Shown here piece by piece: positions 9,469-18,064 of a stretch of DNA of 64,000 bases; position 1 is the stretch's first letter, and each line of letters starts with the position of its first letter. The DNA comes from Candidatus Omnitrophota bacterium. GTDB lineage: Bacteria; Omnitrophota; Gorgyraeia; Velamenicoccales; JABMQK01. Below the pieces are notes generated by a model that was not told where the DNA came from, did no database searches, and saw only the letters and a list, made by a program, of their open reading frames with translations. Both the position numbers and the translations under genes were made by a program. The stretch is from NCBI GenBank assembly GCA_028711115.1, contig JAQTSV010000001.1, positions 134,032 through 198,031 on the forward strand, read 5' to 3'.

Positions 9469-11211
9469 ATGAAACAACAAGCAACAGTTATTAAGGTGTC
9501 TGGCCCGTTAGTCGTAGCCAGTGGCTGCCGCGGCACAAAGATGTACGATATGGTACGCGTGGCCGACAAAAAGTTAATCGGCGAAATTATCGAATTGAAA
9601 AATGACCTGGCTTATATACAGGTTTACGAGGAGACTTCAGGCATAGGCCCGGGCGAGCCCGTATACCTAACCAATGAGCCGTTGAGCGTGGAATTAGGGC
9701 CGGGATTAATGGGCTCAATTTACGACGGTATACAAAGGCCGCTTAATGTGATAAGAGAGATTTCCGGAGATTTTATATCCCGCGGCGTGGATGTATCCGG
9801 CCTTGACCAGAATAAAAAATGGCATTTTATTCCAGAGGTAAAATCCGGGCAGAAAGTCGTCTCCGGAGATATTTTAGGTATAGTCAACGAGACAGCATTG
9901 ATAAAACATAAAATTATGGTGCCGCCGGGCATAAGCGGTGAAGTCACAGAAATTAAAGAAGGGGATTTTAATGTCAAAGAAACAATCGCCAGGATTAAAA
10001 ATAATAATGAAACTAATGATGTAACCATGTCTTCGCGCTGGTCTGTAAGAAAGTCGCGCCCGGTAAAGGAAAAACTTTCACCGGATGAGCCGCTTACAAC
10101 CGGCCAGCGTGTTATCGATACATTCTTTCCTATTGCCAAAGGCGGTGCTGCCTGTATTCCCGGGCCGTTCGGGGCCGGTAAGACCGTAACCATGCATGAA
10201 ATTGCCAAGTGGTCAGATGCGCAGATTATTGTTTACGTGGCTTGCGGGGAAAGAGGCAATGAGTGCGCTGATTTATTGCTGAGTTTTCCGGAACTAAAAG
10301 ATCCGCACACAGGAAGGCCATTATTGGAACGCACGGTAATTGTGGCCAATACCTCCAATATGCCTGTGGCCGCGCGCGAGGCATCAATTTATACAGGCAT
10401 AACCATTGCCGAATATTTTCGCGATATGGGTTATTCCGTGGCTTTAATGGCAGATTCCACTAGTCGCTGGGCTGAGGCCTTGCGCGAAATTTCCGGCAGG
10501 CTTGAGGAAATGCCGGGAGAAGAAGGATATCCCGCGTATTTGTCGTCGAGGTTGGCGGAATTCTACGAGCGCGCCGGCAAGGTGATTTGTCTGGGCGCGG
10601 ATAGCCGCCAGGGTGCTTTAAGCGTAATGGGCGCGGTCTCTCCTCCGGGCGGAGATTTGTCTGACCCTGTGGTTCAGGCAACGCTGCGTGTAGTAAAAGT
10701 TTTCTGGGGGCTGGATGATAAATTAGCCAATGCCAGGCATTTTCCGGCCATAAACTGGCTGACCAGTTATTCTTTATATCACGACAATCTGGAAGAGTTA
10801 CTGAAAAATAAAATTTCCGCAGAGTTTGCAGATTTAAGAAAACAGGCAATGCGCCTTCTGGAAGAAGAGGCCTCGCTTTCAGAGATTGCGCGCCTGGTGG
10901 GAATTGAATCGCTTTCTTTTTCTGACCGGCTGATTTTGGAAGTTGCCAAATCCATAAGAGAGGATTTCCTGCATCAGAACGCATTTCATGAAATCGATAC
11001 TTACACATCGCTGGCAAAACAATGCCGCATGTTAAAAATTATTCTGGAATTTTATAAGTTAAGCAAAGAAAAGTTAAAAGACGGCGCTGATTTTGATGAA
11101 ATTGTAAAGCTGGCTGTGCGCGAAAAAATCAGCCGCCTGAAATATATTGAGGAAAATAAACTTAAAGATTTTGATAAGGTGGAGGAGGAATTGAGAGGTA
11201 GCTATGCTTAA
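9469..11211 (+). CDS. atpA: V/A-type ATP synthase catalytic subunit A
   Basis: Walker [36 protein letters not shown], and the non-homologous bulge region typical of A subunits. Confidence 0.95.
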   Translation: MKQQATVIKVSGPLVVASGCRGTKMYDMVRVADKKLIGEIIELKNDLAYIQVYEETSGIGPGEPVYLTNEPLSVELGPGLMGSIYDGIQRPLNVIREISGDFISRGVDVSGLDQNKKWHFIPEVKSGQKVVSGDILGIVNETALIKHKIMVPPGISGEVTEIKEGDFNVKETIARIKNNNETNDVTMSSRWSVRKSRPVKEKLSPDEPLTTGQRVIDTFFPIAKGGAACIPGPFGAGKTVTMHEIAKWSDAQIIVYVACGERGNECADLLLSFPELKDPHTGRPLLERTVIVANTSNMPVAAREASIYTGITIAEYFRDMGYSVALMADSTSRWAEALREISGRLEEMPGEEGYPAYLSSRLAEFYERAGKVICLGADSRQGALSVMGAVSPPGGDLSDPVVQATLRVVKVFWGLDDKLANARHFPAINWLTSYSLYHDNLEELLKNKISAEFADLRKQAMRLLEEEASLSEIARLVGIESLSFSDRLILEVAKSIREDFLHQNAFHEIDTYTSLAKQCRMLKIILEFYKLSKEKLKDGADFDEIVKLAVREKISRLKYIEENKLKDFDKVEEELRGSYA

Positions 11212-12577
11212 AGAATATTTGACGGTTACATCTGTCTCCGGACCGCTGGTAATTGTGGAAAAAACCAAGGATGTAAAATACGCGGAGCTGGTGGAAGTGG
11301 AATTTTCCAACGGCGAAATCCGACGGGGAAAGGTGCTGGAGATTAGCGAGGATAAAGCCCTGGTGCAGATGTTTGAAGGGACGATGGGCTTGGACGTGGC
11401 CGGCTCAAAAGTCAGATTTTTAGGCAGGGTTCAGGAACTGGGTGTTTCGCCGGATTTATTGGGCAGGATTTTTGACGGCGCTGGCAGGCCGCGCGATAAC
11501 GGCCCGCAGGTTATTGCACAGAAACGCCTGGATATTAACGGTAATCCCATAAATCCCACGTCGCGCGATTATCCGTCGGAGTTTATCCAGACGGGAATTT
11601 CCTGTATCGACGGAATGAATCCTTTGGTGCGCGGCCAGAAACTGCCTATATTTTCCGGTTCGGGTCTGCCGCATTCGCGCCTGGCAGCACAGATCGGCCG
11701 TCAGGCAAAAGTACTGGGCAAACAGGAAAACTTTGCTGTGGTGTTTGCGGCCATGGGCATTACTTTTGAAGAGGCGGATTTCTTTATGCGCGATTTTAGA
11801 AATACCGGGGCAATTGAGCGCAGCACGCTTTTTATAAATTTAGCCAATGACCCGGCCATCGAGCGCATTTCTACGCCGCGCCTGGCGCTGACCTGCGCGG
11901 AGTATCTGGCTTTTGAGCTGGATATGCACGTCTTGGTAATTTTGATTGATATGACTTTTTACTGCGAATCGCTGCGCGAAGTTTCTGCTGCGCGCAAAGA
12001 AATTCCCGGACGCCGCGGTTATCCCGGATATTTATATACGGATTTAGCTACGCTTTATGAGCGCGCCGGAAGAATCAAAGGCAAAAAAGGTTCGGTTACG
12101 CTTTTGCCGGTATTGACTATGCCGGAAGATGACAAAACTCATCCCATTCCGGATTTAACCGGATATATTACAGAAGGACAGATTATTTTATCGCGCGAAT
12201 TGCACCGCAAAGGAATTTATCCACCGGTGGATGTTTTGCCCAGTCTTTCCCGTTTAAAAGATAAAGGTATCGGCCAAAACAAGACGCGCGAAGACCACTC
12301 TGATGTGTTAAACCAATTGTTTGCCTGTTATGCCAAAGGAAAAGAGGCAAGAGAATTATCGGTCATTCTCGGCGAGGCAGCGCTTTCGGATTTAGACAGG
12401 CTCTATCTAAAACTTGCAGATGAGTTTGAAACCAAATTTGTCAGGCAGTCCGAAACAGAAGACAGGACCATAATCCAGACTCTGGAAATCGGCTGGAAAC
12501 TTTTGCGCATTATACCAAGACAAGAACTTAAACGTATTCGAGAGGAATATCTTAGTAAATATTATTCACAAAAATAA
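11204..12577 (+). CDS. atpB: V/A-type ATP synthase subunit B
   Basis: Strong B-subunit similarity ([44 protein letters not shown]). Overlaps the atpA stop. Confidence 0.95.
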   Translation: MLKEYLTVTSVSGPLVIVEKTKDVKYAELVEVEFSNGEIRRGKVLEISEDKALVQMFEGTMGLDVAGSKVRFLGRVQELGVSPDLLGRIFDGAGRPRDNGPQVIAQKRLDINGNPINPTSRDYPSEFIQTGISCIDGMNPLVRGQKLPIFSGSGLPHSRLAAQIGRQAKVLGKQENFAVVFAAMGITFEEADFFMRDFRNTGAIERSTLFINLANDPAIERISTPRLALTCAEYLAFELDMHVLVILIDMTFYCESLREVSAARKEIPGRRGYPGYLYTDLATLYERAGRIKGKKGSVTLLPVLTMPEDDKTHPIPDLTGYITEGQIILSRELHRKGIYPPVDVLPSLSRLKDKGIGQNKTREDHSDVLNQLFACYAKGKEARELSVILGEAALSDLDRLYLKLADEFETKFVRQSETEDRTIIQTLEIGWKLLRIIPRQELKRIREEYLSKYYSQK

Positions 12578-12579
12578 GT

Positions 12580-13200
12580 ATGATTCTGCAAATTAATCCC
12601 AACAGAATGGAATTGTTGCGCCTCCGTCGGAGACTGGCCTTGGCCCGGCGCGGCCATAAACTTTTGCAGGATAAACTGGAAGAAATGATGCGCAGGTTCC
12701 TTAGCCTGCTTAAAGATATTGATAGGGCAAAAGAGGATTTTCAGAAATTAACCCAGAGTGTTTTGGCGGATTTATTATATTGCCGCATCACCAGTTCCCG
12801 GGATAATTTTCAGGAAGCAATGGGTAAGATTGATACACAAATGCGCCTGGCAGTTTCCACGCTAAGAATTATGAACGTGAAAGTCCCCGTATTTAATATA
12901 GAACAATTAAAAATAGACAGGCACTATGATTTTTTTAAGACTTCTGCGCAGCTGGATTTGGTAATAGCATCCGCCAAAGGATATATACAGTCACTTTTAA
13001 AATTAGCACAGCTTTTAAAAACCCTGGATATTTTGTCTTATGAGATTGAGCGCACCCGCAGGCGCGTAAATGCCCTGGAGTATATGCTCATACCCTCGAT
13101 AGAGGAGACAATACGTTATATTACTCACAAGCTTAATGAATTTGAGCGCGGCAATTTAGTGCGGCTTATGCGCGTAAAAGAGATTGTACGCAGTCATTAG
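12580..13200 (+). CDS. atpD: V/A-type ATP synthase subunit D (central stalk)
   Basis: PNRMELLRLRRRLALARRGHKLLQDK N-terminus and RRRVNALEYMLIP motif are typical of subunit D. Confidence 0.85.
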   Translation: MILQINPNRMELLRLRRRLALARRGHKLLQDKLEEMMRRFLSLLKDIDRAKEDFQKLTQSVLADLLYCRITSSRDNFQEAMGKIDTQMRLAVSTLRIMNVKVPVFNIEQLKIDRHYDFFKTSAQLDLVIASAKGYIQSLLKLAQLLKTLDILSYEIERTRRRVNALEYMLIPSIEETIRYITHKLNEFERGNLVRLMRVKEIVRSH

Positions 13201-13229
13201 TTGACTTTGAAATTATCTGAGTTTATAAT
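13201..13229 (+). promoter_or_regulatory. sigma70-type promoter (TTGACT-17 nt-TATAAT)
   Basis: TTGACT at 13201-13206, a 17-nt spacer, TATAAT at 13224-13229. Located directly after the atpD stop and about 130 nt upstream of tRNA-Val. Confidence 0.55.
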
Positions 13230-13266
13230 AGTCTCGCTCTAAAAAGATAATTTTTATAGATTTTAA

Positions 13267-13360
13267 GGGCGTCCGCCACTAAAACTTCAGCGGACTGCCC
13301 GCCGAAGTTCGCCTTCGCTTGTAGAATGTAAAACGATGGCAAGCTTCGGCGAACGAAAGC
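13267..13360 (+). other. structured leader: two adjacent imperfect hairpins abutting the tRNA-Val 5' end
   Basis: Hairpin 1: GGGCGTCCGC...GCGGAC(T)GCCC (13267-13300). Hairpin 2: 13301-13360, with helices GTTCGCC/GGCGAAC and GCTTG/CAAGC separated by internal loops. Confidence 0.4.
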
Positions 13361-13434
13361 GGGCGGTTAGTTCAGTTGGTTAGAACGCATGATTTACATT
13401 CATGAGGTCAGAGGTTCGACCCCTCTACCGCCCA
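13361..13434 (+). tRNA. tRNA-Val (anticodon TAC)
   Basis: Manual cloverleaf. Acceptor GGGCGGT/ACCGCCC, D-arm GTTC..GAAC, anticodon stem CATGA/TCATG with loop TTTACAT, T-arm AGAGG-TTCGACC-CCTCT. No encoded CCA. Confidence 0.9.
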
Positions 13435-13443
13435 TTGTAAACC

Positions 13444-13480
13444 GCAGATTACACAGATGAGAATTACAGATTACGCAGAT
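13444..13480 (+). repeat. two direct 14-nt repeats (CAGATTACACAGAT / CAGATTACGCAGAT)
   Basis: Copies at 13444-13457 and 13467-13480, identical at 13 of 14 positions, just upstream of the GxxExxY gene. Confidence 0.85.
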
Positions 13481-13511
13481 AAAGGTTAAAACTGCCTAAC
13501 TGAGGTCTCAT

Positions 13512-13892
13512 ATGGTTGATAAAGAAGAATTAAATGCTATTTCTCAAAAGGTAATAGGTCTTGCATTTGATGTTCATAATGAATTGGGGCCGGGATTTAT
13601 CGAGAGAATATACTCTGAAGCATTAGCGCTGGAATTTGCAAGAAACAATGTTAAGTTTGAAAAAGAAAAAACAATAAAGATAGGCTACAAAGGCAAAGAA
13701 TTAGGTGAGCAGAGAATAGATTTTTTGATAGAAGGAGAAATAATTCTGGAAATAAAAGCAGCGGAATCAATAAGTAAAATACATTTAGCGCAAATTCTTT
13801 CTTATCTAAAGGCATTGAATAAAAAATTAGGGCTCATTCTAAATTTTTGTAATACGAAACTCGAAATCAAGCGAGTCGTTAATAATTTTTAA
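13512..13892 (+). CDS. GxxExxY family protein (PD-(D/E)XK nuclease-like)
   Basis: 126 aa with the family signature GPGFIERIYSEAL (GxxExxY) and the core RIDFLIEGEIILEIKA (D...ExK). Confidence 0.8.
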   Translation: MVDKEELNAISQKVIGLAFDVHNELGPGFIERIYSEALALEFARNNVKFEKEKTIKIGYKGKELGEQRIDFLIEGEIILEIKAAESISKIHLAQILSYLKALNKKLGLILNFCNTKLEIKRVVNNF

Positions 13893-13898
13893 ATACAT

Positions 13899-13912
13899 AT
13901 CTGCGCAATTTG
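13899..13912 (-). repeat. inverted copy of the 14-nt repeat (ATCTGCGCAATTTG)
   Basis: Matches the reverse complement of CAGATTACGCAGAT at 12 of 14 positions. Lies 7 nt after the GxxExxY stop, so the gene is bracketed by inverted repeats. Confidence 0.7.
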
Positions 13913-13954
13913 CTGACATGTTGTTTACTTGAAATTTGCGGTATCAGCGGTTTC

Positions 13955-14032
13955 GGGGACGTCGTTTAGCCTGGCTAAGACCCTTGATTGTCGATCAAGT
14001 GACCGGGGGTTCAAATCCCCTCGTCCCCGCCA
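13955..14032 (+). tRNA. tRNA-Asp (anticodon GTC), CCA encoded
   Basis: Manual cloverleaf. Acceptor GGGGACG/CGTCCCC, anticodon stem CTTGA/TCAAG with loop TTGTCGA, T-loop TTCAAAT, discriminator G followed by CCA. Confidence 0.9.
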
Positions 14033-14108
14033 ATTTTTAAGTAAACCCTTCCGACGAGAGCCAATGCAATTTTAGGCTTGAGTAGAAGGGGATTCGAACT
14101 TTTTAATT

Positions 14109-14153
14109 GGGGCCATCCTAGGATCGTAGGCTGTCCTCAAATAGGATGTCCCC
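14109..14153. repeat. 12-nt imperfect inverted repeat (GGGGCCATCCTA ... TAGGATGTCCCC) with a 21-nt spacer
   Basis: 11 of 12 positions are complementary. Ends 25 nt upstream of the methyltransferase ATG. Function unknown (possibly an operator or RNA hairpin). Confidence 0.5.
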
Positions 14154-14177
14154 GATAAAAACATAGGCCCCAAAATT

Positions 14178-15272
14178 ATGGCAAACAGCCATCTTACAAA
14201 CGCAAAAAGGGTAAAGAATGACGAGTTTTATACCCAGTATGGTGATATTCAAAAAGAGATTGAAGCGTATCTGGAGTACAACTCCGATGCATTTCGCAGC
14301 AAGGTGGTGTATTGCAACTGTGACGATCCGTTCGAGAGCAATTTCTTTCGCTATTTCGTGCTAAATTTCAACAAGCTCGGATTGAAACAGCTTATCACCA
14401 CCAGCTACAAGCCCTCGCCCGTGGCCAACACACAGCTGGAATTGTTTGGTGAATACAAAACTCTCACAAAATCAAAAGGTCGTCCAAAGGTAACCGCCAA
14501 TAAGTTTATTATCAACGAGGTGCACGACATAGACGGCGACGGCGAATTTAACTTGAAGGATGTTGCCAAGCAGTTAAAGGCAAACAAACACAACGAATGG
14601 ACGCCGCTAGAAGGCGACGGCGACTTCCGTAGCGATGAATGTGTAAAACTACTTAAACGATCAGATATAGTGGTAACAAATCCGCCGTTCAGTCTGTTTC
14701 GTGAATATGTTAAACAACTTTTTGATTACAACAAAAAATTCGTGATTATTGGCAATAAAAATGCGATTACTTATAAGGAGATTTTTCCGCTTATAAAAGA
14801 TAATAGGATGTGGGCTGGGGTAACTAGTTTTAATAAAGACATGCTCTTTATTTCACCAGAGAAAATTGATCCGTCAAAACTACCGAGTACAGCGACTAGG
14901 GTTGTTGATGGTGTAGCCTACTTGCGTTCGCCTTCGATATGGCTATCAAGTCTTGACCACGGACGACGTCACCAACCATTGCCGCTTATGACAATGAAAG
15001 AAAATTTGAAATACAGCAAGCACAAAGAAATTAAAGGTAAGAAGGCGTATGATAAATATGACAATTGCGATGCCATAGAAGTGCCGTTTACCGATGCGAT
15101 TCCAAGTGATTATGAGGGCGTAATGGGTGTGCCGATCAGTTTTTTGGATAAATATAATCCAGAACAGTTTGAGATTATAAAATTTAGACACGGCGATGAT
15201 GGAAAAGATTTGCGATTAAAAGACGGAACCTGCCCATATTTTAGAGTTTTAATTAGACATAAAAAGAAATAA
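14178..15272 (+). CDS. N6-adenine DNA methyltransferase, EcoRI-methylase family
   Basis: N-terminus [22 protein letters not shown]...[18 protein letters not shown] and catalytic [10 protein letters not shown] (NPPF) match my recollection of the M.EcoRI-type family (Pfam EcoRI_methylase). Confidence 0.85.
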   Translation: MANSHLTNAKRVKNDEFYTQYGDIQKEIEAYLEYNSDAFRSKVVYCNCDDPFESNFFRYFVLNFNKLGLKQLITTSYKPSPVANTQLELFGEYKTLTKSKGRPKVTANKFIINEVHDIDGDGEFNLKDVAKQLKANKHNEWTPLEGDGDFRSDECVKLLKRSDIVVTNPPFSLFREYVKQLFDYNKKFVIIGNKNAITYKEIFPLIKDNRMWAGVTSFNKDMLFISPEKIDPSKLPSTATRVVDGVAYLRSPSIWLSSLDHGRRHQPLPLMTMKENLKYSKHKEIKGKKAYDKYDNCDAIEVPFTDAIPSDYEGVMGVPISFLDKYNPEQFEIIKFRHGDDGKDLRLKDGTCPYFRVLIRHKKK

Positions 15273-15273
15273 T

Positions 15274-16443
15274 ATGAAAACAACACTCAAAACTAACATC
15301 ACTGTCAAAGACATTTGCGAAGGGTTTGTTTATAACGAATTGGAGGGTAAAGGATTATTCGGTTTGTCTGGTAAGCTCACTATTCAGCCGGAGTATCAGC
15401 GCAACTATATCTATGCTTCCGATGGCGGAAAAAAAGAAATGGCCGTCATCGAATCAGTCCTCAAAGGATATCCAATAGGGTTGATATATTTTAATAAAGT
15501 GAGTGAAAGCAATTCGGAAGTTTTAGACGGCCAACAGCGCATCACCAGTCTCGGACGTTTCATAACTGATAAATTCGCTATTAAAGATGAAAATGGTATG
15601 GAGCAATATTTTGGCGGTATGGCAAAAGACAAACAAGCCAAGATTTTGGAAACGAAACTAACTATTTATGAATGCGAAGGCAAAGAAAGCGAAATAAAAG
15701 AGTGGTTTAAGACAATAAATATTGTTGGCGTTCCGATCAATGCTCAGGAAGAGCGTAATGCTGTGTATTCCGGTTCGTTTGTTACGCTTGGTAAAGAAGA
15801 ATTCAGCAATAGCCAAAATGCTAATATTCAAAAATGGAGCGCGTATATAAAAGGCAGCGCCAACCGGCAGGAGTTTTTGGAATGTGCGCTGGACTGGGTC
15901 AGCAAAGGCCATATTGACGATTACATGAGTCATCATCGCTTCGACAAAAATATTACTGAGTTAAAGAAATATTTCAACAGTGTGATTGATTGGGTTTCCA
16001 GTGTATTTACTGATGTTGAAAGCGAGATGCGTGGGCTTGAGTGGGGACGACTGTACGAAGAGTATCGCAAGAAAGCATATAACCCTTCGAAAGTGTCAGT
16101 TGAGGTACAAAAGCTTTACGCTGATCCATATGTAAATAATCGCAAGGGTATTTTTGAGTATATTCTCGGTGGTTCAGTCGACACAAAATTGCTCGAAGTT
16201 AGAGTCTTTGACGAAGCAACTAAAAAAGCGGTTTATGCAACACAAACTGCTAAAGCAAAGAAAAAAGGCGAATCAAACTGCCCGCATTGCGCTATTGGAC
16301 ACGACGCCAACAAGAGTAAGATTTGGAATTTTGTCGAAATGGACGCCGACCATGTTGCAGCATGGAGTAAAGGCGGAAAAACAGCATCCAAAAACTGTCA
16401 AATGTTGTGTAAAACACATAATCGGGCAAAAGGTAATCGATAA
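15274..16443 (+). CDS. DUF262 (ParB/GmrS-like, DGQQR motif) - HNH endonuclease fusion protein
   Basis: N-terminal [11 protein letters not shown]...[13 protein letters not shown] is typical of DUF262. The C-terminal CPHC...[12 protein letters not shown]...[15 protein letters not shown] is an HNH/His-Me finger with a zinc-ribbon cysteine pair. Starts 1 nt after the methyltransferase stop. Confidence 0.8.
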   Translation: MKTTLKTNITVKDICEGFVYNELEGKGLFGLSGKLTIQPEYQRNYIYASDGGKKEMAVIESVLKGYPIGLIYFNKVSESNSEVLDGQQRITSLGRFITDKFAIKDENGMEQYFGGMAKDKQAKILETKLTIYECEGKESEIKEWFKTINIVGVPINAQEERNAVYSGSFVTLGKEEFSNSQNANIQKWSAYIKGSANRQEFLECALDWVSKGHIDDYMSHHRFDKNITELKKYFNSVIDWVSSVFTDVESEMRGLEWGRLYEEYRKKAYNPSKVSVEVQKLYADPYVNNRKGIFEYILGGSVDTKLLEVRVFDEATKKAVYATQTAKAKKKGESNCPHCAIGHDANKSKIWNFVEMDADHVAAWSKGGKTASKNCQMLCKTHNRAKGNR

Positions 16444-16468
16444 GGCGGTGTTGCCTCGATAATGACGA

Positions 16469-16660
16469 CTAAATAACGTAGTCGTAGTATGGTTCTGATC
16501 TTGGTGGTTCTTTGGGTTTTGTAGGTTTGGTGAACATGGGTTCGTCTAAGGCGATAAGCCACCCCATGCCTCTTTTTCGATGAATTTTTATAAGTAGCGG
16601 TATTTCAATGGGTTGTAGGGTTCGACTTCCGTCCACGACTACCCGCCATTTTTTTATCAA
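16469..16660 (-). CDS. doubtful small ORF (63 aa)
   Basis: Present in the ORF track only. It has a TTG start, no SD, no recognisable family, and lies antisense inside a plus-strand spacer that ends in a plus-strand terminator. Confidence 0.15.
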   Translation of the reverse strand: MIKKWRVVVDGSRTLQPIEIPLLIKIHRKRGMGWLIALDEPMFTKPTKPKEPPRSEPYYDYVI

Positions 16661-16674
16661 TAAAAAATTACGGG

Positions 16675-16701
16675 GATCCTAAAATAATGTATTTTAGGAT
16701 C
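16675..16701. repeat. perfect 12-bp inverted repeat GATCCTAAAATA-ATG-TATTTTAGGATC
   Basis: Read directly from the sequence. The 3-nt spacer is the central ATG. No adjacent T-tract on either strand, so it is not a canonical terminator. Confidence 0.9.
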
Positions 16702-16740
16702 TCTGGTAATCTTTCGCAACTGGTTATCCACCAGTGCATA

Positions 16741-16779
16741 AGCTGTAATTTGATTATAATAATCAGTTACGGCTTTTTT
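16741..16779 (+). terminator. intrinsic terminator-like hairpin plus T-tract
   Basis: AGCTGTAA..TGATT(loop)AATCA.TTACGGCT, with an 8-bp outer helix (including one G-T pair) and a 5-bp inner helix, followed by TTTTT (16775-16779). Confidence 0.55.
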
Positions 16780-16873
16780 GTTTATGTGAAATAAGGGACG
16801 CCCTATTGAATAAATCAGGGAACGTCCCTGTGATTTTTGATGATATTACCTACTACGATAAAGAAGAAATTTA

Positions 16874-17716
16874 ATGGGAAATCAAATTACTAGTCCAAAT
16901 ACCTTAGTTGCTTATGTTGATATTTTGGGTTTTTCGAGCATTCTCGAAAAAGAAGATCCAGATGTTTATTACAATGCAATCAATAAGGCATTAGCTGAAT
17001 GGAACAAACATTTCAGCAAGGATATTACAAATAAATATGAATTATCAAGAAAGTTTGCAAGCAGCATATTTTTAGAGGTTTTTAGCGATACTTTTGTAAT
17101 TGCAGTTAATGAACAAAGATTAATTGAAGACGCAGAACTAAAAGTAACGCCACCAGTGGTATTCCATGTTTTCGCTTACCTCATTTCATATTTGATAAAA
17201 GATTTATTTTTGGAAACAGGACATCTTTTGCGAGGAGCTATTGGGAGAGGGCAATTTTATCTTAATGAATTTGAAGCTTTAAAAGGGAACAATTTCATTT
17301 TTAGCAAAGCATTAAGTGATGCGTATGAGGCCGCAGAGAAAATCGCAGATACCCCAAGGATTTTAATTCACGAAAATATTTTTAGCGAATTTAAGCCAGA
17401 AGAACTTTGTAGCAGTCAGCCGATTAGCACATTGATTAGAGATGAAGACGGAATTTTATATTTAAATGTATACGGTCCCATGGTGCTTCGTCTTAACTTG
17501 GAGATAGCTACTTTTGTAAAAGCAAAGGGAATTATAGAAGATGCGATTAGCAAATACAAAGATGATGTTATAAAGAGAAGAAAATGGATTTGGTTCGCAA
17601 ACTATCACAACAGAATCATTTGTCGTATTATAAAGCACAGCAATAACATTCAGCTTTATCCCGAATATAAAGAATTTAAGGAGAAAGAAAATCTTGTTAC
17701 GGTAAGAATACCGTAG
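16874..17716 (+). CDS. hypothetical protein with class III nucleotidyl-cyclase-like (palm/CHD-like) motifs
   Basis: 280 aa. VAYVDILGFSS (Asp16), EVFSDTFVIAV (Asp72), LLRGAIGRGQFY, FSKALSDAYEAAEK and TPRILIHENIF occur in the same order as FADIVGFT / GDxxM / RIGIHTG / VNxAARLE / ILVSE of cyclase homology domains. The ~90-aa C-terminal region is unassigned. This is motif-level resemblance only. Confidence 0.45.
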   Translation: MGNQITSPNTLVAYVDILGFSSILEKEDPDVYYNAINKALAEWNKHFSKDITNKYELSRKFASSIFLEVFSDTFVIAVNEQRLIEDAELKVTPPVVFHVFAYLISYLIKDLFLETGHLLRGAIGRGQFYLNEFEALKGNNFIFSKALSDAYEAAEKIADTPRILIHENIFSEFKPEELCSSQPISTLIRDEDGILYLNVYGPMVLRLNLEIATFVKAKGIIEDAISKYKDDVIKRRKWIWFANYHNRIICRIIKHSNNIQLYPEYKEFKEKENLVTVRIP

Positions 17717-17759
17717 AAAGACTCATTATTAATTACTATGATAAATAAAGGAGGCTCAA

Positions 17760-17957
17760 ATGTTTGAAAAATTCAATGAGAGAGCGAAGAAGCTGACAGC
17801 TGCGGATATCATATTGGTTAAGTGGGCGGTGTTGTTTGCTACGATTATTATCGTAAAGCTCGTGCCGCAACTTTTGAATATCAATTATCCGGTGCTGGTC
17901 GTACTTATGCTTCTATGCTCGGCTGTTCCTTTTTACAAATTCTGGATTAAGAAGTAA
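17760..17957 (+). CDS. small membrane protein (65 aa, two predicted TM helices)
   Basis: SD AAAGGAGG 5 nt upstream. Hydrophobic segments WAVLFATIIIVKLVPQLL and YPVLVVLMLLCSAVPF. Lies 43 nt downstream of the cyclase-like gene and shares the terminator at 18065. Confidence 0.6.
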   Translation: MFEKFNERAKKLTAADIILVKWAVLFATIIIVKLVPQLLNINYPVLVVLMLLCSAVPFYKFWIKK

Positions 17958-18064
17958 TTATCCTAACCCCTTGCTGCCAGCCGTGATTTGCCTTTGTTTA
18001 TATTTTGTGCTATACTTATATCAGAAAAGGGTTAGTGGGTAGTTAACACTAACAAACACTGACC

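Noticed and set aside
14085-14100. AAGGGGATTCGAAC resembling the reverse complement of a tRNA T-arm, considered as an att remnant, with AGGGGATT recurring at 18249-18256
   Set aside because: Only an 8-mer is shared between the two island edges, which is expected by chance in regions of this size. The second copy doubles as the EF-G SD. No integrase is present.
16610-16655. tRNA- or tmRNA-like 3' end (GGGTTCGACTTCC...ACCCGCCA followed by a T-run)
   Set aside because: There is no complementary 5' acceptor strand within a tRNA or tmRNA distance. The T-stem pairing is poor (only 2-3 pairs), so no cloverleaf could be drawn.
16469-16660. 63-aa minus-strand ORF as a real gene (for example a small toxin or regulator)
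   Set aside because: It has a TTG start without an SD and no recognisable motif. It lies antisense inside a spacer that ends with a plus-strand terminator. It is kept only as a very low-confidence feature, and protein-level conservation would be needed to rescue it.
16479-16860. Long-range 8-nt complementarities in the spacer (GTAGTCGT at 16479 with ACGACTAC at 16636; TCGTAGTA at 16482 with TACTACGA near 16851)
   Set aside because: About one such 8-mer match is expected by chance within a 400-nt region, so this is not evidence of structure without covariation data.
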